Below, in pieces: positions 1 to 10,035 of a stretch of 64,000 nucleotides of DNA (positions within the stretch are counted from its first letter, which is position 1; each line of letters starts with the position of its first letter). The stretch is from Candidatus Krumholzibacteriota bacterium. Lineage in GTDB: Bacteria; Krumholzibacteriota; Krumholzibacteriia; JAJRXK01. The stretch covers positions 198,211 through 262,210 of the forward strand of contig CAVSGG010000017.1 of NCBI GenBank assembly GCA_963727455.1. The letters are read 5' to 3'. The notes under the pieces were generated by a model, which worked only from the letters and a program-made list of their open reading frames with translations, searched no databases and was not told the origin of the DNA. The position numbers and the translations under genes were made by a program.

Positions 1-86
1 CCCTCCACGATCTCTTTTAGCATGGGATGGGCATTGGACGCCTGCAGCATGGTGACGAGTTGTTCGCGGACCATATCGCTCAACAT
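1..86 (-). CDS. Partial CDS (5' end only), probable DinB-like family protein
   Basis: Not in the ORF track. Minus-strand AAGGAG RBS, then ATG at 86 giving MLSDMVREQLVTMLQASNAHPMLKEIVEG..., running off the window edge. The pattern REQLxxLLxxxNAH resembles DinB-like N-termini. Confidence 0.55.
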   Translation of the reverse strand, partial: MLSDMVREQLVTMLQASNAHPMLKEIVE

Positions 87-131
87 GATAAGCTCCTTGG
101 CTGCTAGAATCTCACTTCCACGCTGCGGCGA

Positions 132-2729
132 TCACTGCGCGTTTTCCACGATGAACAGACTCGAGAGCTGTCGTCCATTGCGGTAGACATAGGACTGTTC
201 GTCATCGGAAATGTAGCTGACGATGATCCGCAATACCCCAACCCGATCCGGAGGACCGATTCTGCCGAAGAGACTTCGCTCTCCCGTTTTGAGGTCAACG
301 CGCTCGACGCGGCAGGGAACGCCACTGCCGTGTTTGACCAGGATCGAGCGATCATCCGCCGACCAGCGAATCGGCGCATCGTCTTCGTTGAGACCTGCAA
401 CGGTCTTCGGTTCCCCGCCAGAGAGGGGATAGATGGCGTAGGTCTTCCCCGAGACGCTCACTAGCAAGTTCTTACCGTCGGCGGACAAAAATCCACCCAA
501 AGTGCCCGGCGGAGTCACGGGTGTGAGGGTATCCCCGTTCAAATCCACGACGAAAAACTGAGGTGCTTGGCTTGGCAGGTTGCCTCCAAGGACGACTCTC
601 TTCTCATCGGGGAGCCAACGCGCGTTGAAACAGTTTTCGAGTTTTCCCGGTGTGAGCTTCTGGATCTCACCCACACCGAGAGGGTAGATCACCAATTTCG
701 TGGGGGTGGAGGGAATGATCGACAGAACTCGCGTTCCATCACGAGTGATGTCGGCGACCATGCCCTCGCCCAGACGAACGACCGGAGAACCGTCGATCTT
801 CCTCAGGCATGTGGCGTAGTTGGTGCCCATGGCGCCGCTCATCTCGGTGAACACGAGTGTATTGCCATCCGGTGTCAGTCCTCCGATTGCTGACAAGTCG
901 AGCCAGGAGAGATTGCGGTCTTGCTTCCACTGGGGCCTGTGGACCATGAGCTCGGTGCGCTGATCGTCCCGCGTGGTGAGCCACCGTCCGTCCTTGGCCG
1001 CGTCCTGGATCGTGAGGCCTCCTGCGCTCTGAAGGGCTACACGTCGTTTACCCGTCACGGTGATGCCGTAGACGGTCAAATCGTATCCGCCGTAACTCGC
1101 CGAGAAGAGAATCTCCCTCCCGTCCGCGGTCCAGGCAAGTCCCTCTTCTCCCCAGTATCCATCGGAGAGAACCGTCACCTGCCCTTCGAGATCAACTACG
1201 TTCACAGAACCACGATCATCGTAACGAGCGGGATGTTGGAAGTAGGCGATGCGATCTCCCCGAGGAGAGACGCGCAGATCACTCATATAACCGGCGGACT
1301 TGCAGAGCACGTGTCCCATGGGATACTCGAGCTGGTCTCGACCGTCCACGTCGCGAATCACTGCGAGTTGCGTGCCGTCAGGGGACCAGTCCGCCTCGCG
1401 CACGTTCTGCGACAACTCGCGGGGTGCGCCACCTCCCAGAGACACGCGCGCGAGTGTTCCTGAAAATAGCCGATGACTGATGAATTTCGCGTCGGTGAGG
1501 ATTGCGAGTTCTCCCTCTGACGAGATCGAGAGCAGATGTGCTCTTTTCAGTCCGAGCGCTTGGGGCTCGGGATACTCGGGACGGATGGTGAAGATCTCGG
1601 GTACGTTTCCCTCAGGGGCTGCGCTGTAGACGACGGTGGCACCGTCTGGCGCAAAGAGGGCGTGAAAGATGGCGCCGGTCCGATACGCCAGCTGATGGAA
1701 TTCGTGGGGGCCGCGGATGTTCTCTTTCTTGTGGAGAGAACTGAGGAGGAGCAGGCCCGAAAGGGCTGTTAACAGAGCCACGAGTGCCCACGGCAACCAT
1801 GGCCGTGTCCTCTTGAGCTTCACAGATGGCGTGTCTGTCGTTGCTCGCGACTCTGCCCCGCCAATCCAAGCCAATTCCACGGCGAGGTCGCGCGAACTTT
1901 GCCAGCGATCTTCGGGATCCTTGGCGAGACAGCGGGTGACGACACGGTCGAGGGAAACGGGCGCGAGCGGAACGAGACTGGCGATGGCGGGTGGCTGATG
2001 CTCCAAGACGGAAGCGATCAGAGAGGCCTGACTTCTGCCCTCGAACGCGCTCTTACCCGTGGCCATCTCGTAGAGAACACACCCTAGGGCCCATATGTCA
2101 CTCCGAGCATCAGCCTCACGGCCTTCCAATTGCTCGGGGGACATGTATTGAAAGGTGCCGACGAGAGTGCCTTCGGCGGTCAGCGGCGCCGCAATGGTGG
2201 GGGAGTGGGCCAGCTCGGTGGACGAGGCCTCACTCTCTGAGCCACCCTTCAATCCGCTCGAGCGAGCCAGTCCAAAGTCCATGAGCTTCGCGCCGCTGCG
2301 CGTGAGCATGATGTTGCCCGGCTTCAGATCGCGATGCACCACGCCGGCCCGATGGGCTCGATCCAGAGCGTCGGCGATCTGCGCGCCGAGGCGAAGGACC
2401 TCTGACACGGGGAGCGCGCCGCGGGCAAGGCGTTGCGCCAGCGTCTCGCCCTCGATGAGTTCCATCACCAGGTAATCGGTGTCGCCTTCTCGCCCGACGT
2501 CGAAGAGGGTGCAGATGTGAGGGTGGTTGAGCCCCGACACCGTCTTCGCTTCGCGTTCGAAGCGCGCGCGAATCTCGGCTGTCGAGGAGAGATGCTGGGG
2601 CAGTACCTTGACCGCGACCTCGCGACCCAGGCGGGTATCGCGTGCGCGATAGACCTCGCCCATGCCGCCCGAGCCGAGCGGCGCGAGGATCTCGTAAGGG
2701 CCGAGTTTGGTGCCGGGATGGATACTCAT
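132..2729 (-). CDS. Membrane Ser/Thr protein kinase with C-terminal TolB/PD40-like beta-propeller
   Basis: GSGGMGEVY, VAVK, HRDLKPGN, DFG and YMSPE motifs; TM segment (WLPWALVALLTALSGLLLL); WSPDG-type repeats. Likely start ATG 2729 (MSIHPGTKLG). Confidence 0.93.
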   Translation of the reverse strand: MSIHPGTKLGPYEILAPLGSGGMGEVYRARDTRLGREVAVKVLPQHLSSTAEIRARFEREAKTVSGLNHPHICTLFDVGREGDTDYLVMELIEGETLAQRLARGALPVSEVLRLGAQIADALDRAHRAGVVHRDLKPGNIMLTRSGAKLMDFGLARSSGLKGGSESEASSTELAHSPTIAAPLTAEGTLVGTFQYMSPEQLEGREADARSDIWALGCVLYEMATGKSAFEGRSQASLIASVLEHQPPAIASLVPLAPVSLDRVVTRCLAKDPEDRWQSSRDLAVELAWIGGAESRATTDTPSVKLKRTRPWLPWALVALLTALSGLLLLSSLHKKENIRGPHEFHQLAYRTGAIFHALFAPDGATVVYSAAPEGNVPEIFTIRPEYPEPQALGLKRAHLLSISSEGELAILTDAKFISHRLFSGTLARVSLGGGAPRELSQNVREADWSPDGTQLAVIRDVDGRDQLEYPMGHVLCKSAGYMSDLRVSPRGDRIAYFQHPARYDDRGSVNVVDLEGQVTVLSDGYWGEEGLAWTADGREILFSASYGGYDLTVYGITVTGKRRVALQSAGGLTIQDAAKDGRWLTTRDDQRTELMVHRPQWKQDRNLSWLDLSAIGGLTPDGNTLVFTEMSGAMGTNYATCLRKIDGSPVVRLGEGMVADITRDGTRVLSIIPSTPTKLVIYPLGVGEIQKLTPGKLENCFNARWLPDEKRVVLGGNLPSQAPQFFVVDLNGDTLTPVTPPGTLGGFLSADGKNLLVSVSGKTYAIYPLSGGEPKTVAGLNEDDAPIRWSADDRSILVKHGSGVPCRVERVDLKTGERSLFGRIGPPDRVGVLRIIVSYISDDEQSYVYRNGRQLSSLFIVENAQ

Positions 2730-2836
2730 TTGCTGGCATCTTAGCAGCAAGAGCCCGGATCGGCCTTATTTCTCTTCGAGCCCAAAAGAAGAGCTGAACC
2801 TCCGATCCAGTAACGGAAACTCTCCGTGCTCGAGCC

Positions 2837-3847
2837 TCAGTGGACGTCGCTCCATTGCACGCTAAAAGAAAACGTATCGCCGCCGCCGGTGGTTCCCTCG
2901 ATGCTGAGGCCTCCACTGCCGGTGGCGGTTACCGTAAAATGGGCTCCACTCGAATCGACCCCTCCGGACGGAATTCCAAGCGCTGAACACGGGGTCGCAA
3001 ATGACTCGCCCCAGAACTCGACCTGCCCGGAGATCGGTACCCCTTCGCCATCGAAAACCAGCATGGGCAAACCATAGGCGCCCAGACTCATCACACCCTG
3101 TCCCGGTACGTCGAACACTACAAGTGGCTCACTCAAGCGGAAGGAGCTATAGCTGGGATCAACGATGTAATAGAGGTTGAAGCACCCGATGGTGAAGAGA
3201 TGAACCCCATCTCTAACCACACTCAACTGGGAGGCGGTATCGGTTTGCTCTGCGACCATGTCCTGAACCACGAATTGCGAGACGGGATTCCCCTCGGCAG
3301 TGATAGCGCAGGCATAGTGGCCGGTAACGTGCGTCGTGTGCGTTTGCTGTCCTTCGATCTCGCTGATGGTGAGATCGAGAGTGACATCCAGAAGAACGCT
3401 GGACCCAGTGAGTGAAAGCACGATGAGTGTCAGATTTCCCTGGGAAATGTCGTCGCAATTTGTGGCCGTCAATTCGATTTCATCAGCGACGGACAGTTGG
3501 CCATCGTTGTCGTTGTCGTTCCACACGCCATGCGATTGCCCCGTTTCGCAGAGGCCCATATCGCCCAGATCGACTGGAGAGAGCACAGCGGATGTCTTCT
3601 GGTTGCTCGCAGCTTCGACCGCCGCGAGCAGGGCACCTTTGGCTCGATTGACGGAGATGGTGAGATCGAGTACAGATGCGAAGTAGCCCAGTGCATAGGG
3701 CGCGTTGTTGCTCGTGAAGTAGACGCCGTGCATGCCATCCCCTCCGCCCGTGACGTCATCTTCACCACCGCAGCCCGCACCGAGAAAGAGGGAGGACATC
3801 GCTAGAGCTAAGGACAAGACGAGCGCCAGGACAGTCTTCATCTCCAT
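2837..3847 (-). CDS. Hypothetical lipoprotein
   Basis: AGGAGG close to the start, signal peptide ending in lipobox LGAG-C, beta-rich mature region with several Cys; no recognisable family. Confidence 0.75.
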   Translation of the reverse strand: MEMKTVLALVLSLALAMSSLFLGAGCGGEDDVTGGGDGMHGVYFTSNNAPYALGYFASVLDLTISVNRAKGALLAAVEAASNQKTSAVLSPVDLGDMGLCETGQSHGVWNDNDNDGQLSVADEIELTATNCDDISQGNLTLIVLSLTGSSVLLDVTLDLTISEIEGQQTHTTHVTGHYACAITAEGNPVSQFVVQDMVAEQTDTASQLSVVRDGVHLFTIGCFNLYYIVDPSYSSFRLSEPLVVFDVPGQGVMSLGAYGLPMLVFDGEGVPISGQVEFWGESFATPCSALGIPSGGVDSSGAHFTVTATGSGGLSIEGTTGGGDTFSFSVQWSDVH

Positions 3848-4047
3848 CCTCCTGAATTTGTCGCAGTCTCACCGGTTCGTGGCGTGAATGTCGGTGAGCG
3901 CGAAGAGTCTAGCACAAGGGCGAAATCCAGAGCGCGGAGAAACTCCTCATTGGGACGAACGTCGGTTCAGTTCCGGGGTACCCAGAGTCCGAAACTACAG
4001 GGGGACTTGGGCCCTGGAACGAAATTTCGCGGACGGGTAGGAGTAGA

Positions 4048-4830
4048 TTGACGATGTGCCGGCAAATGACCCATTCTAAGCAGATGAATGAGTTTCAAGC
4101 TGCGCCAGCAAATCTCGCGGGGGGGAAGCCCGCCGATGACGAGGATTTCATTCTCGCTCGAAGATTGCGTACGGCCCTGGCTTGGGCCGCGCCCGTCGGC
4201 AGCGTTCTACTGGATTTTGGCTGTGGCAGCGGAGCACAGGCTCTTCTCTTTGCCGAGCATTTTCACACCATTCTCGGGGCCGATGTCAGCGAGGGATACT
4301 TGCGCGAATTCCATCGCAAGGCAGTGGCTCGTGGTCTGACAGGACATTTCCAAGGACTTTACTATGACGGGTTTCGGCTCCCCCTCGCCAGCGCAAGCGT
4401 CGATTATGCGATTTCCTTTGAGGTTCTCGAGCATGTCGAAAGCGAGACGGAGGCCCTGACGGAACTGCATCGAGTGTTGAAACCCGGATCCCCACTCGTC
4501 ATGTCCGTTCCAAATCGCTGGTGGATCTTCGAGACGCATGGGGCGAGTCTGCCCCTTCTGCCATGGAATCGCGTTCCATTTTTCAGTTGGCTTCCCAAGA
4601 AGATCCACGACCGCTATGCGAGGGCGCGTATTTACCGACGCCGCGAGATCGTCGACAAGCTACAGAATCATGGCTTCGAGGTCACCCAAAGCGCTTATGT
4701 CACGGCTCCCATGGATGTGCTGAATTGGCGGCCTCTGCGAGATGCTTTGCGGTCGACCATCTTCCGTGAAGATGTGACGCGCATTCCATTTCTGGCGACC
4801 GCAGTGATTGTGTGTGCGCGTAAGGTATAG
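4048..4830 (+). CDS. Class I SAM-dependent methyltransferase (Methyltransf_11-like)
   Basis: LLDFGCGSG motif I, EVLEHV, RVLKPG. True start may be the ATG at 4066 or 4084. Confidence 0.88.
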   Translation: MTMCRQMTHSKQMNEFQAAPANLAGGKPADDEDFILARRLRTALAWAAPVGSVLLDFGCGSGAQALLFAEHFHTILGADVSEGYLREFHRKAVARGLTGHFQGLYYDGFRLPLASASVDYAISFEVLEHVESETEALTELHRVLKPGSPLVMSVPNRWWIFETHGASLPLLPWNRVPFFSWLPKKIHDRYARARIYRRREIVDKLQNHGFEVTQSAYVTAPMDVLNWRPLRDALRSTIFREDVTRIPFLATAVIVCARKV

Positions 4831-4841
4831 CGCCCCCCGAC

Positions 4842-7634
4842 TCAACGATATCCGAAGAGCACCGAGTAGAGAATGAGGCCGATGAGAATCGTGCCCAGGG
4901 TGAGCGCCGTGAACCCCAGGATCTTTACCGCCAGCATGCGCCGGTGCGATATGCTGGTGGTTTCCACGTAACGTTTCAAGCCGCCCAGATCCTTCAGATC
5001 TGATACTGCCCGCGGGCGATCCTTCTTGTACTCCTCGTAGGGTACGACACCGGTGAAGATCACGGTGTCCATGGGGAAGGCCTCGGGCCGCAGATGGGTG
5101 TTGAAGAAGTGGATGGTGAAAATGAAGCCCACCGCCAGCAGAGCTTCGTCGCTGTGGATGATCGTTGCGACGTTGATGAGCCAGCCGGGCAAGAACTTGG
5201 TGAAGACTTCGGGCAACCAGAGCATCAGCCCGGAGAGACCGATCACCGCGATTCCCCAGAAGACGGCCAGGTAGTCGAACTTCTCCCAGTAGGTCCAGCG
5301 TCCGTACTCGGGCCTCGGCCCCTTGCCCCAGAACCACTTGATCGAGGCGATGAACTCACGGAAGTCGCGCAGGTTGAACATGAGCGAGTTGGGCCCGAAG
5401 ATGAGGTCCTTCAGCGAGACCTTGCGCTTCTTCTTGAAGCGTACCAGCGAACCGAGGTGGAAGAGGAAATAGCCGAAGGTGACGATTGCCGCGGTACGGT
5501 GGATCAGTCCTGCGTTGCGTACTCCGCCGAGCAAGTCGGCGAGTTTGGCGGCCCATGGCATCCCCGAGAACTTCAGCATCATTCCCGTAAGCGCCAGGGT
5601 CAAAAAGCTCAGGATCACGAAGATGTGCGTGTACTGCTGCGGCTTGGTAAAGCGGCGTACGTAGTGGCGAGTCCGGCCCTCTTCAGCCGCCCTTCGCTTG
5701 CGCTCACGGAGATTCTTGAACGAGCGAGGTAGCCACATCAGGGTGTGAATGCCGAAGAAAGTGAATACGCCCACCAGCAGCAGGGTCATGGCCCAGTAGG
5801 TGTAGTATAGCACCGGATAGCGGACAGGATCGTGGTGGGTGGCGTGCGTCAGATAACCCGTGAAGCGCCGGTTGGCGTCTTCGTGACACTTTTTGCAAGT
5901 GGTGACGATGTTGCGGAATGCCACAGAAGATGCGGGATCGTTGACGGACAGAATCAGGTGCGCGCCGTGACAGTCAGAGCATTTTGCCGACTTCAGAAAG
6001 CCCAGCTGGTAGGCTTTCCCATGCATCGTCTCAAGATAGGTTTTGGCTAGCTTCTTGTGACAGGACCCGCACTGTTCGGTCACCTGCTTCATGAAGTCAT
6101 CCTGCTCGGTCGGCTCGATTCGATGGGAAGAGTGACAGCGCGCACAGGTTGGCACCTTGTTCTCGTCCTTGGGATCGTTGGAGTAGTGGATGCTCTTGAT
6201 GAAGTCCTTGTAGATGCCACGGTGACAATTCGCGCAGGTAGCGGGCAGGTTCCGCGGATACACTTTCGAGCGATTGTCCGAGGCGGGGAGAATCAAATGG
6301 GAGCCGTGGCAATCGATGCAGATCGCGCTGGGTAAGAGTCCTTTTTCGGTCAGCGCGCGCCCGTGGACGCTTTTGGAATAATCGTTATAGGCGCTCTTTT
6401 CCTTGAGATCGGCTGCGAGGTTGGCTGCGCCGCCCTTGGTGTGGCACCTTCCGCAGAGGCTGGGGACGTTGGAACGGAAGGTCAGCGAGCGCTCGTCGTT
6501 GTGACGGAACGCATTGTGAGTTCCGTGGCAGTCCGTGCAGTATGGCGCCTCGGAGACGCCCTTCATCCAGTCCTTGCCGTGACCACTCTCGAAGTACTCC
6601 TCGGAGATCTTGGAGTGACAGGCCGAGCAGTCCACTCTGCCGGATGGTTCACAGGGCCGATGGAGACGCGGATCGATGTCGGAGTGGCACTTCACACAGG
6701 GAATCGTGGTGTGCGCCGAGTCCTTCAGCACGCTCTCATCCACGTACATCGAGAGCGTATCTCCCTCCGCTGAGACGGAATGGAGTTTGGAATCCGAATG
6801 ACACTTCATGCACTCGCGGTCGGAGACCGTCATGGCCACGGTCTCCTTGCGCGTGCGATGGGGACGGTGGCAGTCGGTACAGGAGGGGATCGCGCCCGGT
6901 TTCTCCTCCCACAACTCACCCCGGATGACCTTCGCGTGCACCTGCTCGATCTGCGCATGACACTTCATGCATGTCTTGGCGATGTTTCGCGGCGAGATGC
7001 TCGCCCGTGGATCGGTGTGCGGAAGAATCTTGTGGCTGCCATGGCAGTCGTTACAGGTCGCGGCAACGATGAGTCCCTTCTTGAACAGACCCTCGCCGTG
7101 GATGCTTTGGCTGTAATTCTCCAGGATGTTCTTCTGGCCGATCCTGTAAGTGCTCGCTACTGGCGCGCCTTCTCTGTGGCAGCGACCGCAGGTGACGGGA
7201 ATGTTGGTCTTGTAGACCTTGGACTTGGGGTCGTTGGGGCGTCGAATGTCGTGGATGCCGTGACAATCGGGACAATCGGGCGCGTAGGGCAGGCCTCCGG
7301 TGAGGGCTTGTCCGTGGATGCTGGAATCGAAGTCGAGCTGTTCGTCGTCGTGGCAGTTTCCGCAGCGAACTTTGGCAAGGCGCTCTGGGTGATCTTCGCT
7401 GGCATCCTCGTGACAATCCGTGCAGGAGAGCTCGCCGTGGACCGAGGCGCCAAAGACCTTCGGATTCACGTAGAGCGAGAAGTTGGCGCCCTGCCTTTCC
7501 GTCGAAAAGTCGGGATCGTCGTGGCACATGAAGCAGGTCTCATTATCCGTCTGGGCAGACGCGATCCGCGGAAGCCCGAGGGCCCCAAGCGCGAGACACC
7601 CGAGGAGGAGGATTCGTGCAAATCCTCGGTTCAT
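4842..7634 (-). CDS. Multiheme cytochrome c (19 CxxCH) fused to a C-terminal cytochrome b (FdnI/HydC-like) membrane domain; CbcL-like
   Basis: Signal peptide; 19 CxxCH motifs counted by eye; C-terminal TM helices with candidate heme-b His ligands ([24 protein letters not shown]) and the YWEKFDY motif. Confidence 0.92.
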   Translation of the reverse strand: MNRGFARILLLGCLALGALGLPRIASAQTDNETCFMCHDDPDFSTERQGANFSLYVNPKVFGASVHGELSCTDCHEDASEDHPERLAKVRCGNCHDDEQLDFDSSIHGQALTGGLPYAPDCPDCHGIHDIRRPNDPKSKVYKTNIPVTCGRCHREGAPVASTYRIGQKNILENYSQSIHGEGLFKKGLIVAATCNDCHGSHKILPHTDPRASISPRNIAKTCMKCHAQIEQVHAKVIRGELWEEKPGAIPSCTDCHRPHRTRKETVAMTVSDRECMKCHSDSKLHSVSAEGDTLSMYVDESVLKDSAHTTIPCVKCHSDIDPRLHRPCEPSGRVDCSACHSKISEEYFESGHGKDWMKGVSEAPYCTDCHGTHNAFRHNDERSLTFRSNVPSLCGRCHTKGGAANLAADLKEKSAYNDYSKSVHGRALTEKGLLPSAICIDCHGSHLILPASDNRSKVYPRNLPATCANCHRGIYKDFIKSIHYSNDPKDENKVPTCARCHSSHRIEPTEQDDFMKQVTEQCGSCHKKLAKTYLETMHGKAYQLGFLKSAKCSDCHGAHLILSVNDPASSVAFRNIVTTCKKCHEDANRRFTGYLTHATHHDPVRYPVLYYTYWAMTLLLVGVFTFFGIHTLMWLPRSFKNLRERKRRAAEEGRTRHYVRRFTKPQQYTHIFVILSFLTLALTGMMLKFSGMPWAAKLADLLGGVRNAGLIHRTAAIVTFGYFLFHLGSLVRFKKKRKVSLKDLIFGPNSLMFNLRDFREFIASIKWFWGKGPRPEYGRWTYWEKFDYLAVFWGIAVIGLSGLMLWLPEVFTKFLPGWLINVATIIHSDEALLAVGFIFTIHFFNTHLRPEAFPMDTVIFTGVVPYEEYKKDRPRAVSDLKDLGGLKRYVETTSISHRRMLAVKILGFTALTLGTILIGLILYSVLFGYR

Positions 7635-7801
7635 GTGACCACTCCGGCGGAAGGAGGAATCCGAACGAAAGCTCGATAACTGGGTCGAAAACTTGTGATT
7701 TACGGGGCCCTGTCAAGGCGAAGTGGACAGATGCCCCCCCGGGAGAGACACTTCAAGGACGGTTCAAAAAGGCTGTAATTTAGCCCCTCAGGGAGGGAAC
7801 C

Positions 7802-8326
7802 ATGCGGAATTTCGCGAAATTCGGGCTATGCTTCGGCCTGTTTCTGCTGAGCTCGGTGGGATGCTCTCAGAAGAGACCACCCGCACAAGACCTGATGCAC
7901 TACTCCCTGGACAGTCTGGACGGAGTGATCAGCCGCACGGGGGTCAGTTTCGACTCCGGCATTTCCAGTGACGGCAACGGTTCTTTGCATCTTGTGACGA
8001 GCGATTCCACGACGATTCGTCTCTTCGAGACCGGGGATCTGGACGTGGAGAACGCGGTTCTTAGATATCAGGCCATGGTCCGTACGAAGGACGTGCAGGG
8101 ACGAGTCTACCTGGAGATGTGGTGTGGCTTTCCCGGGATGGGCGAGTATTTCTCTCGCGGGCTCAACAGCCAGCTCACCGGAAGCCAGGAGTGGAATCCC
8201 CAGGAGACCTCGTTCTTTTTGAAAAAGGGCGAGAATCCCAAGCGGGTGAAGTTGAATCTGGTGGTGACGGGGCCAGGTGAGGTCTGGGTCGACGACATCC
8301 ATCTGACGGCGGCTCCGCTGGAGTGA
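7802..8326 (+). CDS. Hypothetical lipoprotein with carbohydrate-binding-like jelly-roll fold
   Basis: GGGAGG RBS, lipobox SVG-C, C-terminal GxVWVDDIxL typical of CBM-like beta-sandwiches. Confidence 0.65.
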   Translation: MRNFAKFGLCFGLFLLSSVGCSQKRPPAQDLMHYSLDSLDGVISRTGVSFDSGISSDGNGSLHLVTSDSTTIRLFETGDLDVENAVLRYQAMVRTKDVQGRVYLEMWCGFPGMGEYFSRGLNSQLTGSQEWNPQETSFFLKKGENPKRVKLNLVVTGPGEVWVDDIHLTAAPLE

Positions 8327-8375
8327 GCGAGGGCGGCTGTGGCAGGCCGCGTCGCGGATTCTGAGAGGCGGTTTC

Positions 8376-8843
8376 CTAGGAACCCAGCATGTCCGCCGGC
8401 ATCTCCACGCATACCACTTTCCCGGTGGCGCACACCACGCCCTCGGCGGATAGCTCGGCTTCCACTACCACCTTGCGCCCCTTGACCTCTTGGATGGTGC
8501 CGCGGATCAATAGCTCAGGACCCATCGGAGTTGGCTTCAGATAATTCACATGCAGGGCAGCCGTCACGAAGCGGGGAATCTGTTCGCCTTCTTTTCCTCC
8601 GCGATGGCGGTGCATGGCGGCGGCGGCGGAGCCAGTACCGTGACAGTCGATGAGAGACGCGATGAGTCCGCCGTATACGTATCCTAGGATGGCCGTGTGG
8701 TAGGGTTTGGGCTGGAAGGCGCAGACGGTCTGCTCGCCGTCCCAGTAGCTCTTGATCTGGTGCCCGTGCTCGTTCAGAGCTCCACATCCGTAGCAGTGCT
8801 GGACGTCCTCGGGATAGAGATCTTGGAATGCGAGGCTACTCAT
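8376..8843 (-). CDS. PaaI-family (hotdog fold) thioesterase
   Basis: CYGCG...N.HG, YGGLIASLIDCH, VTAALHVNYLKPTP; overlaps the stop of the upstream redoxin gene. Confidence 0.85.
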   Translation of the reverse strand: MSSLAFQDLYPEDVQHCYGCGALNEHGHQIKSYWDGEQTVCAFQPKPYHTAILGYVYGGLIASLIDCHGTGSAAAAMHRHRGGKEGEQIPRFVTAALHVNYLKPTPMGPELLIRGTIQEVKGRKVVVEAELSAEGVVCATGKVVCVEMPADMLGS

Positions 8844-9864
8844 GCTTCTCCTCTTCTGATTGTGGGCCTGAGGCCTTCAGATACTCTTGCAGTTTTTCCT
8901 GCTGCTCGATCTTCATCTTGCCTTCGGACACTGCTATGGCGCGCATCTCGGCGAGAGCGGCGCCGACCAGATCCCCGCGGGCAGCGAGCACGCTCGCCAG
9001 ACCATCGAGATGCCCGGGGGCTTCGAATCGCGTGGCGCTGACTGCCAGCTGAGCCGCCTGCACTGCGAGATCGAAGAGCGGGGTGGGGACCTCCCCCTCC
9101 GCCTTGGTGAGCTTGAGGGCGAGTCCCGTAAAGAGCTTGGGGTCGGCCACGTCGGCGTAGTCCGTCAGGAGGCGGCGGGCCAGTGCAGCCGCCTCGTCCC
9201 ACTGCTGCGCCTCCACGGCCTGGTCGAAACGGCTGCGCAGATCCTTGGCCACGCGGCTCTCTTGGAATTCACGGCGCGCCTGTGCCATGTCGAAATTGCC
9301 CGCGAGAAGGGCTTGAATCCTGGGCTCCACGCGATGTGGATTTCCGACCCACAACAGGCGGCCTCGCCCATCCACGAGGAAGGCCTTGGGCAGACTCATC
9401 GTGCCCAAGCGTTGCATCCACTCGTGGACAAAGATCCCCTGCAGCTTCTTGTCGCTCGAGATGCTGGCAGGGAGCCACGCCAGCCGGTACTTGATCCTAT
9501 TCTTGCGGCTCGCGACGAACTTCCTCACCGCGCTGAGTTCGTTACCCCATTTGTCCTCGGACGTGACGCCGATCACCACGAGTCCGTCCCCCCGATATCG
9601 GTCCTGGAGGGATTGGAGCAAGGGCATGCTCGCCAGGCAGGGCGTGCACCAGGTGGCCCAGAGATCGATCAGGTAATAGTGACCCTCTTGCCAGTTCTCG
9701 ATGGGATCGCCCTGCAGCCACTCCTGCACTTTCAGGAAGGGCAGGGTGTCCCCTACCGCCAGAGATTGGTTTGCGGTCTGCGCCCGAGAACTCCCAACTC
9801 CCAAGAGTAGACCGACCAGGACCAGGAAGAGACCATGGCGAACCGTGGCGTGAGGCTGGCTCAT
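8836..9864 (-). CDS. TlpA/redoxin-family exported thiol-disulfide oxidoreductase with helical C-terminal extension
   Basis: WATWCTPC active site and signal peptide. Start ATG 9864 follows AAGGAG; the ORF-track extension to 10437 is the antisense shadow of the kinase. Confidence 0.85.
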   Translation of the reverse strand: MSQPHATVRHGLFLVLVGLLLGVGSSRAQTANQSLAVGDTLPFLKVQEWLQGDPIENWQEGHYYLIDLWATWCTPCLASMPLLQSLQDRYRGDGLVVIGVTSEDKWGNELSAVRKFVASRKNRIKYRLAWLPASISSDKKLQGIFVHEWMQRLGTMSLPKAFLVDGRGRLLWVGNPHRVEPRIQALLAGNFDMAQARREFQESRVAKDLRSRFDQAVEAQQWDEAAALARRLLTDYADVADPKLFTGLALKLTKAEGEVPTPLFDLAVQAAQLAVSATRFEAPGHLDGLASVLAARGDLVGAALAEMRAIAVSEGKMKIEQQEKLQEYLKASGPQSEEEKHE

Positions 9865-10035
9865 CGAGGGCGCTCCTTGTTGGGCCGACAGCTGGACGGG
9901 GGAATTGGCGATTCCGTAAGCGGATAGCAATAAACTAAAAGACGAGGGCATTTGCGTCGAGGAGGAACTCTCCCACGGAACGAGACGGGGAGGGCGGGGC
10001 CTGTTAGAGTAGAGAAGGATGGCAGGACGAACGCC

